Below, piece after piece: positions 1-14,469 of a stretch of DNA of 64,000 nt; position 1 is the stretch's first letter; each line of letters begins with the position of its first letter. The notes beneath the pieces were generated by a model. The model saw only the letters and a list, made by a program, of their open reading frames with translations. It did no database searches and was not told the origin of the DNA. A program made the translations under genes and the position numbers. Origin of the DNA: Mobula hypostoma. Its lineage: Eukaryota. The stretch spans positions 46,006,001-46,070,000 of the forward strand of contig NC_086097.1 in NCBI RefSeq assembly GCF_963921235.1, written 5' to 3'.

Positions 1-450
1 GCACAACTGAGAGCATCCTGACTGGCTGCATCACTGTACTTTCCTCAATTGCAGTACTCTGCAGAAAGTGGTGCGGACAGCCCAGTGCATCTGTAGATGT
101 GAACTTCCCACTATTCAGGACATTTACAAAGACAGGTGTGTAAAAAGGGCCTGTAGGATCATTAGGGACCTGAGTCATCCCAACCACAAACTGTTCCAGC
201 TGCTACCATCAGGGGACTGTACCACAGCATAAAAGCCAGGAACATCAGGCTCTGGGACAGCTTCTATCACCAGGCCATCAGACTGATTAAGTCACGCTGA
301 TACAATTGTATTTCTAAGCTATATTAACTGTCCTGTTGTACATACTATTTATTATAAATTACTGTGAATTGCACATTTAGACAGACGTAACGTAAAGATT
401 TTTACTCTTCGTATATGAAGGGTGTAAGTAATGAAGTCAATTCAATTCTT
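1..450 (+). mobile_element. Rex1/Babar-type LINE 3' fragment
   Basis: TESILTGCIT (DUF1891-like) remnant and a 3' tail. Confidence 0.7.
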
Positions 451-937
451 TCATCGTAGACAGTAACCACATTAGCTATTATAAATATTATTTTTTTAAA
501 TCAAGGATACTCAGAGTGGAAAGTTATTACGTGTATTTGGGGCATCGTACCTGAGCTTCCAAGACTGATAAATTGCCAAATAGTAGCAGTTTATTATTCT
601 TAGCTAGAGGAAGACAACTCTTAAGGAACATTTACAAGAATTAGTATAAATAGAAAATGCTGAAAGATTTATTGATTGTTCTCGTTGAAAGAATTGTCAA
701 GGGGCCTATCCAGTCCATGCCACCAGCTAGTCCCGATCTTGTTATTAACTAGCTCGAGAAAACTTTATAAGTATAGTGTTTTAAAATGATCAAGAATGGT
801 ATGGCATCTTTAAAGAACTAACGAGCTTATCAATTATTGCTTTGTAATGTAGAAATATATTTATAAATGTTCTGCAGAGGCTTTGGGCAGCATGGCAGTG
901 GAAATAAGGGAAATGTTCTGTAAACAGAAGCAGGCAT

Positions 938-1420
938 TATCATCAGAATCAGGTTTATTATCACTGGCATGTGACGTCAAATTTGTTATCTTAGCAGCAG
1001 CAGTTCAATGCAATACATAATCTAGCAGAGAAAAAAAATAAAAAAAATAATAAGTAAATCAATTACGGTATATGTATATTGAACAGATTAAAAAACGTGC
1101 AAAAACAGAAATGCTGTATATTTTAAAAAGTGAGGGGTAGTGTCCAAGGGTTCAATGTCCATTTAGGAATCGGATGGCAGAGGGAAGAAGCTGTTCCTGA
1201 ATCGCTGATTGTGTGCCTTCAGGCTTCTGTACCTCCTACCTGATGGTAACAGTGAGAAAAGGGCATGCCCTGGGTGCTGGAGGTCCTTAATAATGGATGC
1301 TGCCTTTCTGAGACACCGCTCCTTGGGTAAGGAGCTCCTTACCTTGCCTTATAAAGGTAGCTCCTTTGTAAGCTAGTACCCAAGATGGAGCTAACTAGAT
1401 TTACAACCTTCTGCAGCTTC
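938..1420 (-). mobile_element. Rex1/Babar-type LINE 3' fragment
   Basis: Tail ATCAGAATCAGGTTTATT; reverse complement of the HPGHALFSLLPSGRRYRS-type region. Confidence 0.7.
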
Positions 1421-2814
1421 GAATAGAGCTGCATAAAGCAACCAAACAGGTTTTATGAAATGAAACGAGTGTGTGTGTTAGGATCAGAATTTCGTGGCGT
1501 TGAGTCCATGTGGATGAAGACATGAAAGGACATGATGCTGCACTAAAAGGGTCTGAAATCAGAGCAATTGCAAACTGGAAAAAGAAACTGTAGTGCTGGA
1601 GGTGGACTGAAGGGAAGTTTAAAAATTGTGGCCATTAGGCAGCAGTAATCACTTTAATTTAGGGTTGATGAATGATTAGGTATTTGCCATAAACAATGTT
1701 GTACACATAGGACAATAGAAAAATTGATTATGTGAATGTTGGAAAATTTCTAAATAAAAGATTGGCCTTTCCTTTCAAACTGTCATTTGCAGTTATATTC
1801 TTGAACCTGTTAATGATTTTTGCTTGGTCGGTCAAGCTGCATTGAACAAGTAGCTGGGGTTATTCCCAAGCTTAATTGTAGCAGGAAAGGTCCTTCAGTC
1901 AGATTCTGCTGACATCTGTTTCAGCAGGCCAGGCAACGTCTGTGGAAAATGAAAAAGAGTTATTAGTTTGACTGAAGACCCTTTATCAGGAATCGAAAAG
2001 AGGGAAAACATGCTGATGTTAAATTGCACTGTAGGTGGGCACACAATGGATAGGACATAGGGAAAAGGGTAGTTTTGCTGAGGAATGAAGTTGTAAATAG
2101 TAATCTAGATGATGGGTTATTGGTGGGGTTGGGACACAGAAATAAAACTATGAAAGAAGTGTAGGTAGAGAAACAAATGAAAGTGAAAGCTGTAAAAGAG
2201 ATAGCTGTAGGAGGTGCTCAGCAGTGAGGTGACACAAACCTGCAGAGCAGTGCAGAATTGCAGTTACCTTGCTTCTTCCACCAACAATAACTGAGGAGTT
2301 CAGCAATTTTCAAAAGTACTGCATGCCAGCAACAATTTAATTGCAAGACACTGTTACTACAATGAATGAACCAGAATCTAGCATCATTGAGATGAAGGCA
2401 GTTTAAAAGAAATTGAGATTGATCAGACTGAGTGATCAGCAGTGAATTCTCAGTGCTCCATTCAGTTTTGAAGAGAGAGGAGTTTTGTCATGAAATTTTT
2501 GCAATATGTCTTCATGTATCTATGATTGTGATTCCATGCGAATATCTACCCATTTCGCAGCATTCTCCAGGTTAAGGTAAATCCGATTACTGTTACTGAT
2601 TCTGGCACCTGTTCTGACATTACAGTGGTCAGCTTCATTTGTAAAGTCAATCTTTCCAAGTATTTGATTGAAGCTACATTTGAAAGCTTCACTCTTGTGA
2701 TTACTAACTTTAGTGTCCTAATCAATGGAGGTAGCAAGTTTATATACACATGCAAAATGTATATGTGTGATAATGTAAATAAAACATAAAAGTTTGCAAA
2801 ATGTGTATGTATTT

Positions 2815-2815
<1 letters not shown>

Positions 2816-2853
<38 letters not shown>

Positions 2854-2857
2854 GTGT
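2816..2857. repeat. (TG)n microsatellite
   Basis: Direct reading of the sequence. Confidence 0.95.
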
Positions 2858-3889
2858 AGTTCTTCCAGACACAAACCCTTTTTCAGAAGTCTGTAATCCT
2901 GTGTGGAATTCTTGTCTCTGATACTGGAATATGTTTAGTTTCATAATTCTTCTTTGATAATAAATCATATACTGACCATTTAAGACACGTGACACTTGAT
3001 TGTTGCCATTGTCCGAATTGTTACTCAAAGTTACATAATTTTATTGAAGCTAACTAACACGTCTTGTTAGAAACTGACAACCATACAAATCTTGGGAATG
3101 GATGATGTTTGATTGGTTCTGAAAGGACTCTGACTTTTATTTCTAGACTAATATCTTGTCAGCTAAAATCAGAAATGGGTGGAGAGATGAGAACTGGAGT
3201 CCTCATTTTTTAAAATATGGATGTAGAAGATGCATGGAAATGGCTCTATCACTTTTTTTTAAAGAAAGGGATTTCTTTTAATGTCCTTTATCGAGTGTTT
3301 ATGGTCTTTTAAAAGCATGTTGTTTAAATACACTATATATTTTAATTTTACTGGACCATTTTAAAGCTGGTATTTTTTTGTCTTTTCCATTTAAAAACTT
3401 AAGCATTTTTCAATATATTATGTGAACTTGCGCATAATATTTTCATAGCAATAACTGAACTCAGTGTATCATATTAATATTGATATCACTGAAGTCTTTT
3501 GTGAGCCAAGTTTTGTTAGTGACAATGATATTCTTTTACATGAATTTGAGGAGACTATTTTCAGGAGAGGAAAAAGGGAGTAGACTTTGCAGTAATGACA
3601 AAAGAGCAGTTAGGTGTCTGGTTCAGTGAAGAACTTTAGATTGTCTTGTTTTCAGTAAATCCTACGTTCTCATTCATTTTGACTTGAAACCGGCAACATC
3701 CTCTTAACCTTTTGAGCATATAATTTCCTTTATACGAGGAAACAAGTATTTTCCATCACCTAGCATGAAATGCCTTCCCTTTTGAGATATTTGTGCTATA
3801 TTTTGAAAAGATGGAACAATAATTGAAATAAGAAATTATTTTGTTTCATCCCCACTTCCTATGGGAAAGTAGTGATAAACCTTCATAAA

Positions 3890-5560
3890 CAAAAGAGATT
3901 CAGCAGATCCTGGAAATCGAAAGAAGCATACACAAAGTACTGAAGAAATTCAGCCGATTAGGCAACATCTGTGGAGCAGAATGAACAGTCGATGTTTTGG
4001 GCCAAGACCCTTCATCAGGACTGGATAGGAAGTGGGAAGAAGCTCGAAGAAGTAGTTGGGGGGTGGGGAGTGAGTACAAGCTAGCAGGTGATAGGTGAAA
4101 CCAGGTGAGGGTCGAGGTGGGTGGGGTTGGAGGATGAATTGAGAAGCTGATAGATGATAAGTGGAAGAAGCAAAGAGCCAAAGAAGAAGGAATCTGATAG
4201 AAGAGGACAGTGGACCATGAGAGAAAGGGGAGGAGGAAGATACCAGAAAGGAGGTGATGGGCAGGTGAAGTGGTAAGAGGGGAGACAGAATGGGGAATGG
4301 AAAAAGAGGGAACGGGAAGGAGGAGAAGTCACCGGAACTTAGAGAAATCAATGTTCATGATCGGGTTGGAGGCCATCCAGATGGAATATGAAGTGTTGCT
4401 CATCCAACCTGAAGTTGGCCTCCAAGAAATCCTGTCTTCTGTGCTAGACAGAGGGAAGGTGCTTGGTAAAGCAGTGCCTCATCTTTGTTGGGTCTTTCTG
4501 ATGTAGAACTGGGAGCAACAGATATAGTAGTTGGCCACGGCAAACTCAATAGTGAAATGTCGTCTCACCTGGAGGAGCCGCTTGGGGCCCTGAATGACGG
4601 TGAGGGAGGAGCTGTGTGAACAGGTGTAGAACTTCTGTCTGCACGGATAATAGCCAGGAGTAACGTGGAGAGCGATTACTGCAGAAAGAGGGAGAATGAA
4701 AGGTGCATTTAGCAGTAGGATCTTGTTGAAGGTGGTAGACGTTATGAAGAGTGATGTACTGGATGTAGAGACGTGTGGAGTGGTAAGTAAGGACCAGGAC
4801 AAGTCTATAACTTAAGGCAGTGGGAAGATGGGGTGTGAGTGAGCGATCAGGAAATGGAGGAGATGCGGGCAAGGGAAGCATTGATGGTGGAAGAAGGGAA
4901 ACTTCTTTGAAGAAGGAGGATATCTAAGATGTTCTTGAATGGAAGGCCTCATCCTGGGAACAGATGCGGTGGGGGCAAAGGAACTGAGAAAAGGGAATAG
5001 CTGTGAAGGTTGGTAGGTTTATAAAAGATATCAGTAGACAGTCTGTCTCCAGAGATGGAGTCAGTAGACAGTCTGTCTCCAGAGATGGAGTCAGTAGACA
5101 GTCTGTCTCCAGAGATGGAGTCAGTAGACGGTCTGTCTCCAGAGATGGAGTCAGTAGACGGTCTGTCTCCAGAGATGGAGCCAGAGCACTTGAAAAGGGG
5201 AAGAGTGGTATCAGAGATGGACAGAGTAATTTTGAGTGCAGGGTGAAAATTGGAGGCAGAGTTGATGAAATTGACGAGCAGGAAGCAGCACCAGCACAGT
5301 TGTCAATGTAACGTAAGAACAGTTGGGGAGTGTTACCAGGGAAAGCTTGGAACATGGACTGTTCTACATAGCCAATGGAAAGGCAGACATAGCTGGGATC
5401 CATGAAGGTGTCCATAGCTACACCTTGGGTTTGGAAAAAGGGGAGAGGCCAAAAGAGAAATTGCTGAGGATGAGGACCAGTTCTGTCAATTGAGGATGGT
5501 GGAGGAGAACTGGTTAGGTCCATTTGTCTAGAAAGAAGCAGAGAGCTTTAAGGCCTTACT
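3890..5560 (-). mobile_element. Degenerate Penelope-like retroelement (RT plus GIY-YIG remnants)
   Basis: QTQGVAM..PSY..FLRYIDN RT motifs; QGPKRLLQVRRHFT..IYYICCSQ-type endonuclease remnant; decayed hammerhead near 3986-4024. Confidence 0.85.
5031..5180. repeat. 30-bp minisatellite, 5 copies, inside the Penelope RT
   Basis: TCAGTAGAC(A/G)GTCTGTCTCCAGAGATGGAG x5 (three A copies then two G copies), no spacers. Confidence 0.95.
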
Positions 5561-6319
5561 GATGGGGGGTGGGGTAGGGAGTAGTAGCAGGTATTCCATA
5601 ATTGTGCTTTTGAAGATAGAATTTTAGTTTATTGTTTGCTGAAGTTAAATAGGTTTTCATGGCCTATTCCAAAGACACTAATGATCCCCCAAAACAAAAA
5701 GAAAGACAATTGTGATTACTTGAGACAAACTAAAACAGTTTCAGAGGAGGAATTTGATTCCTGTTTAAAACTATTTAGCTTACAATAATAAAAGGAATTC
5801 ATTTATCCCTTTTCAGTGTAACTCTTTGGTAGGACTTGAAGTTTTCATGTGCAGGGTTCAAGCATTCCTCAGAGATAAGCTTATAATCTATGTTGAATTG
5901 GGGATGGTGATTCAAATAAAACATCCCGTCAAACTTCCTATCTTAGAAATTCTGTGATGTTATTTGAAGAAGAATAGATGATTGTTTGGAAGTATCCCAG
6001 CATTATTTGTTGCTCAAGCCCCATCACAGAAACATTGTTGGGACATCGTTGTGGGAAAGTTGACTGGTATGGTTGCCTTCACTGTAACAGGAATCGTATA
6101 TAATTCATTGTCTCTTTGAGGCATTCTGGAACATTCTGAACATGTGAAGTTCCATAGGTATTGAATTTGCAATTTACATAAATGTATTGGACTCAGAAAT
6201 TTAAAAATAAAGTGATCCAATTTTCAGTGAAATCAACAGACACCTCAAATGATAGATGGATTGCACTAAATCTGAATTAGGCAGGCTAATCTCTGAGAGT
6301 GTAACATGTTTCAAAGCAG

Positions 6320-7460
6320 ATAAGACAATAAGACAGGACACTCGGCACATTAAGTCTGCTCCACCATTTGATAACAGCTGATTTATTTTCCCCTCACCCC
6401 ATTCTGCTGTCTTCTCCTCTTAATCTTTGACACCCTTACTACTCAAGTGCTAATCAACCTCCATTTTAAATATACCTTATGACTTGGCCTCCACAGCTAT
6501 CTTTGGCAAATTCACCATCTGGTTAAAGAAATTCCAGATTTCTTTCGAAAGGAATGTTCGAAAGGAACATCGTTGTATTTCTGAGGCTGTGATCTCTGGT
6601 GTTGGACTCTCCCACTATTTGATACATCCTCTCCATGTACACTGTATCTGGGCCTTTTAATATTTGGTAGGTTTTAATTATATCCACCCTTATTCTTCTT
6701 CTCCAGTGAGTACAGGCTTAGAACCATCAAACGCTCTTCATACCTGGTAATTTTCATAAGCCTCCCCTGGACCTTCCATGTTAGCTCTCCAAAATGGGGC
6801 TCAAAACTACTTACAATACTGCAAATGAGGTCTGATAAATGCTTTATAAAGTTTCAGCATTGCATCCTTGTTCTTGTATTCTAGTCCTCTTGAAATGGTA
6901 ACATTGCATTTGCCTTCCTTACTACTAACTCAATTTGTAAGTAAACCTTTAGGGAATCCTGCACGAGGACTACCAACTCCCTTTGCACCTCCATTTCTGA
7001 ATTTGCTGCCTGTTTAGAAAATTGTCTATGACTTTAAACCTTCTACCAAAGTGTATGACCATACACTGTATTACATCTATCGCTTCTTTGCCCATTCTTC
7101 TGATCTGTGAAAGTCCTTCTGATGACTTCCTGCTTCCTCAACACTACCTCTCTTTCTATCATCTGCAAACTTGGCCATAAAGTCATCCAGATCATTGACG
7201 TACAATGTGAAAAGCAGCGGATCCAAGACTGAGCCCTGTGGAACACCTCTAGTTGCCGGTAGCCAACCAGGAAACACCTCCTTTATCCCACCCTTTGCTT
7301 TCTACCAGTCATCCAATCTTCTGTAATAGCATGCACTCCTCTATTTTGTTTAGCAGCCTCTGCACCTTGTCAAAGGCTTTCTGAAAATCCAAATAAACAG
7401 CATCCACGGACTCTCCTTTGTCTATCCCGCCTGTTCTTTCCTCAAAGGATTCCAGCAAAA
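6320..7460 (-). mobile_element. CR1 LINE RT fragment
   Basis: [20 protein letters not shown] and AKFADD motifs. Confidence 0.85.
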
Positions 7461-9959
7461 TTAAAATGTGGCTCACGGTCCATAAGTAGTATGAACATGA
7501 GACAAAATGCTGGAGGAACTCCGTAGGTCGGGCAGTGTTCAATGGAAAAGAGTGAACAGTCGCTGTTTCAGGCCGAGACCTTTCTTCAGGACTGAGAGGG
7601 AAGTGGGAAGATGCCTGAATTGAATTGGCCCACAATGTCGACTGTTTACTCTTTTTCATAGATGCTGCCCATCTGCTGAGTTCCTTCAGCATTTTTTGGA
7701 TTTGGATTTCCAGCGTCGTTTTTATAAGAATAGTTACAATGCGGCTGAAAATATTTCATTGTGGCTGTCAGAATGATGATGGTTAAATAGAGCACATGGG
7801 ACGCTACAGACCAGCTAACTACTTACCCACTGCCATTATACTGCTGGTGTTTAGGGTGCCAATGAAGATCCACCTTCTCTGTCCGTGGCCACTCAGATGT
7901 AGGAGGATACCTCATTGCTGTTTCCATAACAGTTTTGGTTTGCTAGTCGGGATTGTTAGCCCTGAGCTGAACCCTGAAGCTGGAGGACTGGTGGACCACC
8001 ACCCTCTACCCTTTGATCTGTTTGGCATGGGTGACCCTACCAAGAGCCAAAGCATAAAGCCCTGACTCCAGCCAACAGAGCTCTCTGGGTCATTGAGGCA
8101 CACAAGCCTCCAAGCCACGACGAGGTTGTGGTTCTCTTGGAGGACCAGCTAACTAAGAGAGCAATAAACCTTTAACCTTTTCTTTGATTTTCATTGAGGG
8201 GTGGTTGAACTTGCATTTTGAAAAAGAAAACTATCAATATTCTTTTGTCCAATCAGACCTATTAAGGTCTGGATAAGGAATGACGATAATTTTGTTTGTG
8301 ATTTTGGTTCCTGTCAGTACTCCTCAATATCCATATTCCTGGCTGTGCACACAGCAAGATACCAGATTGCATCTTTGATCTAAGAGGAAGAAATGGGGAG
8401 GAAATTATTTTTTGCATGACAGAAGGAGCAACTTCCTTTTTTGAAAGTCTCCATGAGTTTGCATTATTTAACTACCCATTCCTTCCCCCACAAAAAAAAA
8501 CAAATGAAGCCCAAAGTTGACTTGCGTCAATCAGATAGGGCTAAATGATACCAATCCCCTAGCCTATAAATGGGGAACCGCCATCACTGAATTGAGCAGT
8601 GGAGAGGGGAGCAGCTGGGGAAAGGGCTGGATGTGTTTGGCACAGGGAACGACTTTGGAGATGAGGGTATGTGCTCGGGTTGCTTCATTTTTCCGATAAC
8701 ATTTTGGAAAACATTTGTTCTTTCTTTCTATAAAATACATCTTTCTGAACGTAGTTTAAAAGAAATACGAAAAACTGGGTTACCCAGCACTTCAGGAACT
8801 GGCAGCAGCCCTCAGGTTATGTAGCACATGCCTAATAACTAAGCTGTGGGCGCCGGGCCTCGGCCACCCATCAGCCGTGGCTGGCCTTGGGCTCCAGGAG
8901 GCCAAGGACATCCATATAGGGTCAGGCCAGGCATGTTGTGAGTCCGGGTGAACACTGCATCCAGAACCATTTGAGGCATTATAATTTACCGGTCTGTTCT
9001 TGGGACAAGCGCAGCTCGCAAATAACTTGTCTGCGAACCATTGAGAGAACTCTGCCAAACTATTTGATGTCCCATGACATACAATGAGCAGCGTGTTAAC
9101 ACCCAGAGCAAGTAATGAGCACGTGACTACTTGCATCAGGTGCTTATCGGCAATTGTCACACTAATCAATATTAGCCATTGTTCTCAAATTTACATTTGA
9201 TTACCGCGAAGGAGATGCATAAATTGGTTAGTTTGATATAGAACTAGTTTCCATATGGATAGCTGTCAATTTAACTAGTTGTTAAAATAGTTTGGTACAT
9301 AGATTTGCATGGTCAGTGGTGTGAATTACACAAGACTTCTATTATTTATTTCTTCAACTCAATCAGCAACTTTCTAATCCTTTCTCATCCATGTGATTTT
9401 CCAGTCTCTCTTTAATTTCATCTGTGCTACTGAGTTCCAGTAAGCACTGAATCCTGGATGATCAATGTTGATGGCAATGTCAGCATTTGAGATGGTAAAT
9501 TCCAGTCACTCACTCACTGAGGAAAGGAGTTTTTCGTAAATTTTCTGTAGGATTCTTGTAATGATCAAATATTTACAACCTCTGGTAGGGTGCATGCTCG
9601 CACAGACACACTTCCTTTTAGTGTCTCGGTCTGCTCTCTTAAATCTTTTCATAGTTTTGGAGGCCTTTATCTGATAAGATGAGTCTAATTGCTGAGCAAA
9701 CAAGCTCATTGAATTGTACAGCATAGGAACAGACCCTGTGGTTCACCCTATCATAACGTACCTATATCAATCCCATTTAACGGGACCTGATCTGTTGCCT
9801 TCTCTGCATTGGCAATTCAATTGTTCATCCTGTTTTAAGAGTACCTGTTTCCATCACAATTTGACCACTGTTATACCACCATTAACAGCACTTGCCATGC
9901 CATCCCATGTCTGCACCTTGAAAAGTCTGATAACCTGACTGTACTTCTACTCTGAGCGT

Positions 9960-10990
9960 ATAGGCAGATACTAAAGACCAGAGCAGCACCAGTGATGAAG
10001 ACCAAGAAGGTACGGTCAAGGGAGGTGGAAGAGCACTTCCAGGACTGCTTTGAGTCAGTGGACTGGACAATATTAAGAGATTTGCCTTCGAGTCTGAATG
10101 AATGTGCCACATTTGTCACTGACTTCATCTAGATATTAGGGGATGAGTGCATGTGTTCAAGAATGTAGCAGAAAATACCCAATAAAAGCTGTTGAAAAGC
10201 CAGGAGATTCAAAGTCTGCTGAGGGCTAAATCAGTGGCGTTCAAGACTGGTGATCCAGAATTATATGAGAAGTCCAGGTACAACCTACAGAAGGCTATTT
10301 TAAGAGTTCAAAAAAAAATTCCGATTAAAGTTAGAAATGAAAGCTCTGGCAGGGTTTGTAGGCCATTACTTCCTACAAAGCTAATTTTAATATCATGAAT
10401 GGCTGTGTTGCTTCACTCTCAGATGAGTGCCATGCCTTTTGAACATGCATTAAAGGGGAGAATAAAAGTACACCTTTGCCAATCCCTGTAGCATCTGTTG
10501 ATCCTGCGATCTCTGCTTTGGAGGCTGATGTCAGAACATCTTTCAAGGCATCATGACCTGATGGTGAACCTGGTAGCGTGCTGAAAACCTGTGGCTGCCA
10601 ACAGTCGGCGGTGATCAAAGGTACAGGAGCCTCAGGACCAACACCACCAAGTTCAGGAACAGTTGTTACCCTTCAACCATCAAGCTCTTGAACCAGTGGG
10701 GTTAATTTCATTCAACTTCCACCTATCCCATCACTGAACTGTTCCCACAACCTATGGGCTCACTTCCAAGGACTCTTCATCTCATGTTCTCGATAGTTAT
10801 TGCTTACTTATTTATTATTATTAGTGTTTTTTGTATTTGTACAGTTTGTTGTCTTTTGCATATTGGTTGTTTGTCCTGTTGGGTGTGGTCTTTAATTGGA
10901 TTTTCTGAGTTTGCCTGCAAGAAAATGAATCTCAGGGTTGTATATGGTGACCTATATATACTTTAATAATAAATTTATATTCAGAAGTTG
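9960..10990 (+). mobile_element. Internally deleted Rex1/Babar-type LINE
   Basis: QDCFESVDW and AFKTGD..Y..SRYNL remnants joined to a 3' end. Confidence 0.65.
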
Positions 10991-11109
10991 GATCTAGTTG
11001 TCGGAGGCTATTTGAGACGCACATCAATGGGAGCATTTAACAGGTAGTGGGAGCTTATCCCCGCTACCACCCCTGACTATAACAACCTTAAGAAACCAAC
11101 ACAACTATA

Positions 11110-12225
11110 CCCTTAGTTCTAATCAGCAAGCACCAAAACCTGGGCCTCTGTACCACCCTCTGCAACTGGATCCTTGACTTCCTCACCGGGAGACCACAAT
11201 CAGTGCAGATCGGAAATAATGTCTCCTCACTGACAAGCAACAGGACATGTGCTTAGCCCACTGTTCTACTCTCTCTACATCCACAACTGTGTGGCTAGGT
11301 ACAGCTCAAACCTCATTTATAAATTGGCCAGTGGCATGACTATTGTTGGCAAATTTCAGATGGTGGTGAGGCGTTCAGGAGCGAGATAGATCAGCTGGTT
11401 GAGCGGTGTCGCAAGAACAACTTTGCACTCAATGCCGCAATGTTAATTGCGAACTTCAGGAAGGGGAAGTTGAAGGGACACGCACCACTCCTCACATTCT
11501 GATCAGCATGGAAAGGAAGAGCAGTTTCAAGTTCCCGGGTGTCAACATCTCTGAAGATCTATCCTGTGCCCAACATATCGATGCATTTGCTGAGAAGGCA
11601 TGATCATGGCTGTGTTTTATTTTGAGTTTGAGGACACTTGCCATGTCACCAACGACACTTGCAAATTTCTACAGATGTACTGTGAGAGCATTCTAAATGG
11701 TTGCCTCACCACCTGGTATAGGGAGGCCACTGCACAGTACTGGAAAAAGCTGTACCAAGTTGTAAACTCAGCCAGCTCAATCAAGGGCACGAGCCTTCCC
11801 AGCATCGAGGACGCCTTCAAAAGGCAATGCTTCAAGAAGGCAGCATCCATCATTGAGGACCCCCATCATGTAGGACATGCCCTCTTCTCATTGCTACCAT
11901 CAAGGAGGAGGTACAGGAGCTGGAAGATGCACACTCAGCATTTCAGGAACAGCTTCTTCCCCTTCGGCAACAGATTTCTGAATGGACAACGAATCCATGA
12001 ACTTCCTCACTTATTTTTTTGCTTTCTTTTTGCACTACAGTACTTAATTAATTTTTACTGTGTGTGTTTATAGTAATTTATAGATTTCCAGCATCTGCAG
12101 ATTTTCTCTTATTTGTGTATATCATTTTATAGTTTTTAATTATTATGTATTGCAATGTACTGCTGCTATAATACAACAAAATTTTATGACATATGCCAGT
12201 GATATGAAACCCGAGTCTGAGTTGA
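11110..12225 (+). mobile_element. Rex1/Babar-type LINE 3' fragment
   Basis: FKFPGVNISEDLS, ESILNGCLTTWY and HALFSLLPSRRRYRS..FRNSFFP remnants. Confidence 0.8.
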
Positions 12226-14469
12226 TGCATTTCAGGTTCGAAGCGAGTGGGTGAAACAGTTCCTTAAATCCTCTTACTCCTATGTCCTCTAGTTTAAGTA
12301 CATCTACTTCAGTCTTTCTTGGGGCTTAAGTGCTGGTATTATTCTTGTAGGTCTAGTTCTCTAAAAATTTTCCTAATATGTACTGTAAGTCCTGTTACAT
12401 TATCTTAGGTCTAGTGACTTTTCTCATTTTCTGTCAGCAATTTTCTTTATCGTCATAGAGCAGATGATTTTGCATATGCTAGATAAAACTGTGCCCTCAA
12501 GTGCAAAGGCTACTAGTGGGATTTGAACAAGAAACTGAAAATAAAAAATCAAGCATGAACATTGCCTTATACAGTTTATTTCCCTTATCTTGTCAGTAAT
12601 GTTTTAGCAATCCAAGTCATGAAGTATTGTTGCTTTATTCCTAAGCTTTTTCTGATCTTTGGATAAAGGGGTTAAACATGGGCCTTTGTGAGAAAGGGTC
12701 CTTTCTAGCCTGTTGGCCTGTGGTATTGGTGCTTTTATGTTTTTGTTTGTAATTCATTAATTTACAGGATGTGTATGTTGTGCTTAATATCAGCATTTTT
12801 TGTACAACCTTTATTGCCACTGAATAGGAAAGTCATTAAATGCCAACGATATTGGTGAATCTAGAGTCACGCATAGGCTAGACTGGATAAGAGCTACAGG
12901 CATTTCCTCTGAAGGAGGTTGCTATGAAGTTTTGTACCATTACCAATTCTGCCTTTTTTCCTCTAGATTGGAATGTTTCTTTGCTTTAAGCCTCCTCAAT
13001 ATAAATTAATATTTACCCCTCCACTTTTCAGCCTTATTGCTATTGATAGTTTAAGGAAACAACAACACATTCTGGAAATGCTCAGCAGGACAAAAAGCAT
13101 CTGAGGGAAGAGTTTATTCTGTGTCAAAATCTTTCATCTGAAGAGTTATGATGAAAGGCCATTGACCTGAAGTATAAGTGTTTTTTTTCCCTCTTTCCAC
13201 AGAAATTGCTTGACCTGCCGAGTATTTCCAGAATTTTCTATTTCATGTGTTCACTGTCTGTATTTTAAGAACTTCAAGTAATTCTTGAAGCTTTTATCTG
13301 AGATGAAACCAAATTTCAGTGATCTACCATTTGGGATTTCTGAGGAGTTTCATTATTGGTGACAAATTAAATAATTCACTTGCTCAATCTGCTGAGTTAA
13401 TCCTGCTACTGAAGAAGAAAGTAACCTGTCTTTGTATAGTATCTTCCATGACTTCAACACGTGGTAAGGTATTTCACTGCAAATTAAATAAATTAAGTGT
13501 GATCATAATAATGCGGGAAAATACAGCTGCTGATTTGCCCACAGCAACTTCCCACAAAAGTGCTGATTGACCATCTATTCATGAGGATGAGTTTTAGCCA
13601 GAAGACTCCAAGAAATCCCCTCCTTTTTTTTGTATTTTTTAGCATCTCATTTCAAAGACGCCTCCTGACACTGCGGTTTACCCCACAATTACATTCAAGC
13701 ACCAGATGACATTGTGTTTAAACATCTGAATAAAAAGTAGGAATGATATCATCGAACTAAGCGTCATCATCCCTTTTGCAATGAGTATTTGATCTTTGGT
13801 TGAGATGTACATTTTTTTTCAAAGGGTTTTGTACCAAGACAGAATAGGAGCAGCAGAGCAAGGAAACAGGCCTTTTAGCCCGTTGAGTCAATACTGTACA
13901 TAATCCATAAACTTTACACTGATCCTACACTTATTCCCACCTGTTCCTCACATATGTGTCAATCTGTCACCTCCCTTCACCATGATTTTGTCGTTCATAT
14001 GCACACCAGCTCCTCCGGAGGCTTACAAGGCAAAAGTACAAAATCCACACAGGGAGGACTGGAGGTGATGGTGAATGGAGGTGTGAGACTGCAGAACTTA
14101 CCACTTGTGCTTACAAATACAAGGGCCTGTTTCTAGGTTAATTGGCATGGGATTGCATATTACTTTGGGACTGAGAATCTGCTCAAATAAATTGGACAAT
14201 TTAAATATCTGGAGGTTTTCCAAAGTGACCATATTCTTACACAAATGATTTATTTAAATTTGAGGGGGTGTGAAATCAGTAACAGAACATCATGATTCTC
14301 TAAAGGCTTTAACTAAATGGATGCTTAGGCCTTTGCTCTTTGATTCTTTAATATACTGCAAGTTGTTATTCAATGATATAGCTAAAGTGGACACGAAGAA
14401 ATGAATGAGCTTGGAGAAACTTATTAAATTTAAGCTTTTCTGAGACCAAATATGTTATTTGCAAAGAGA

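Noticed and set aside
2546..3028. 160-aa ORF with an HT run
   Set aside because: The HT run is the (TG)n microsatellite; there is no ATG start and no recognisable domain.
3986..4024. Further active hammerheads here and near 1960, 7557, 29895 and 35567
   Set aside because: Each has substitutions or deletions in the GAAA or cleavage triplet, so they are counted only as decayed remnants.
5031..5180. 30-bp repeats as a CRISPR array
   Set aside because: The units are contiguous with no unique spacers, lie within a retroelement RT, and the DNA is vertebrate.
11600..12073. DUF1891/ALKBH8-like ORF as a host gene
   Set aside because: It is the C-terminal remnant of a Rex1/Babar-type LINE present in many copies in the window.
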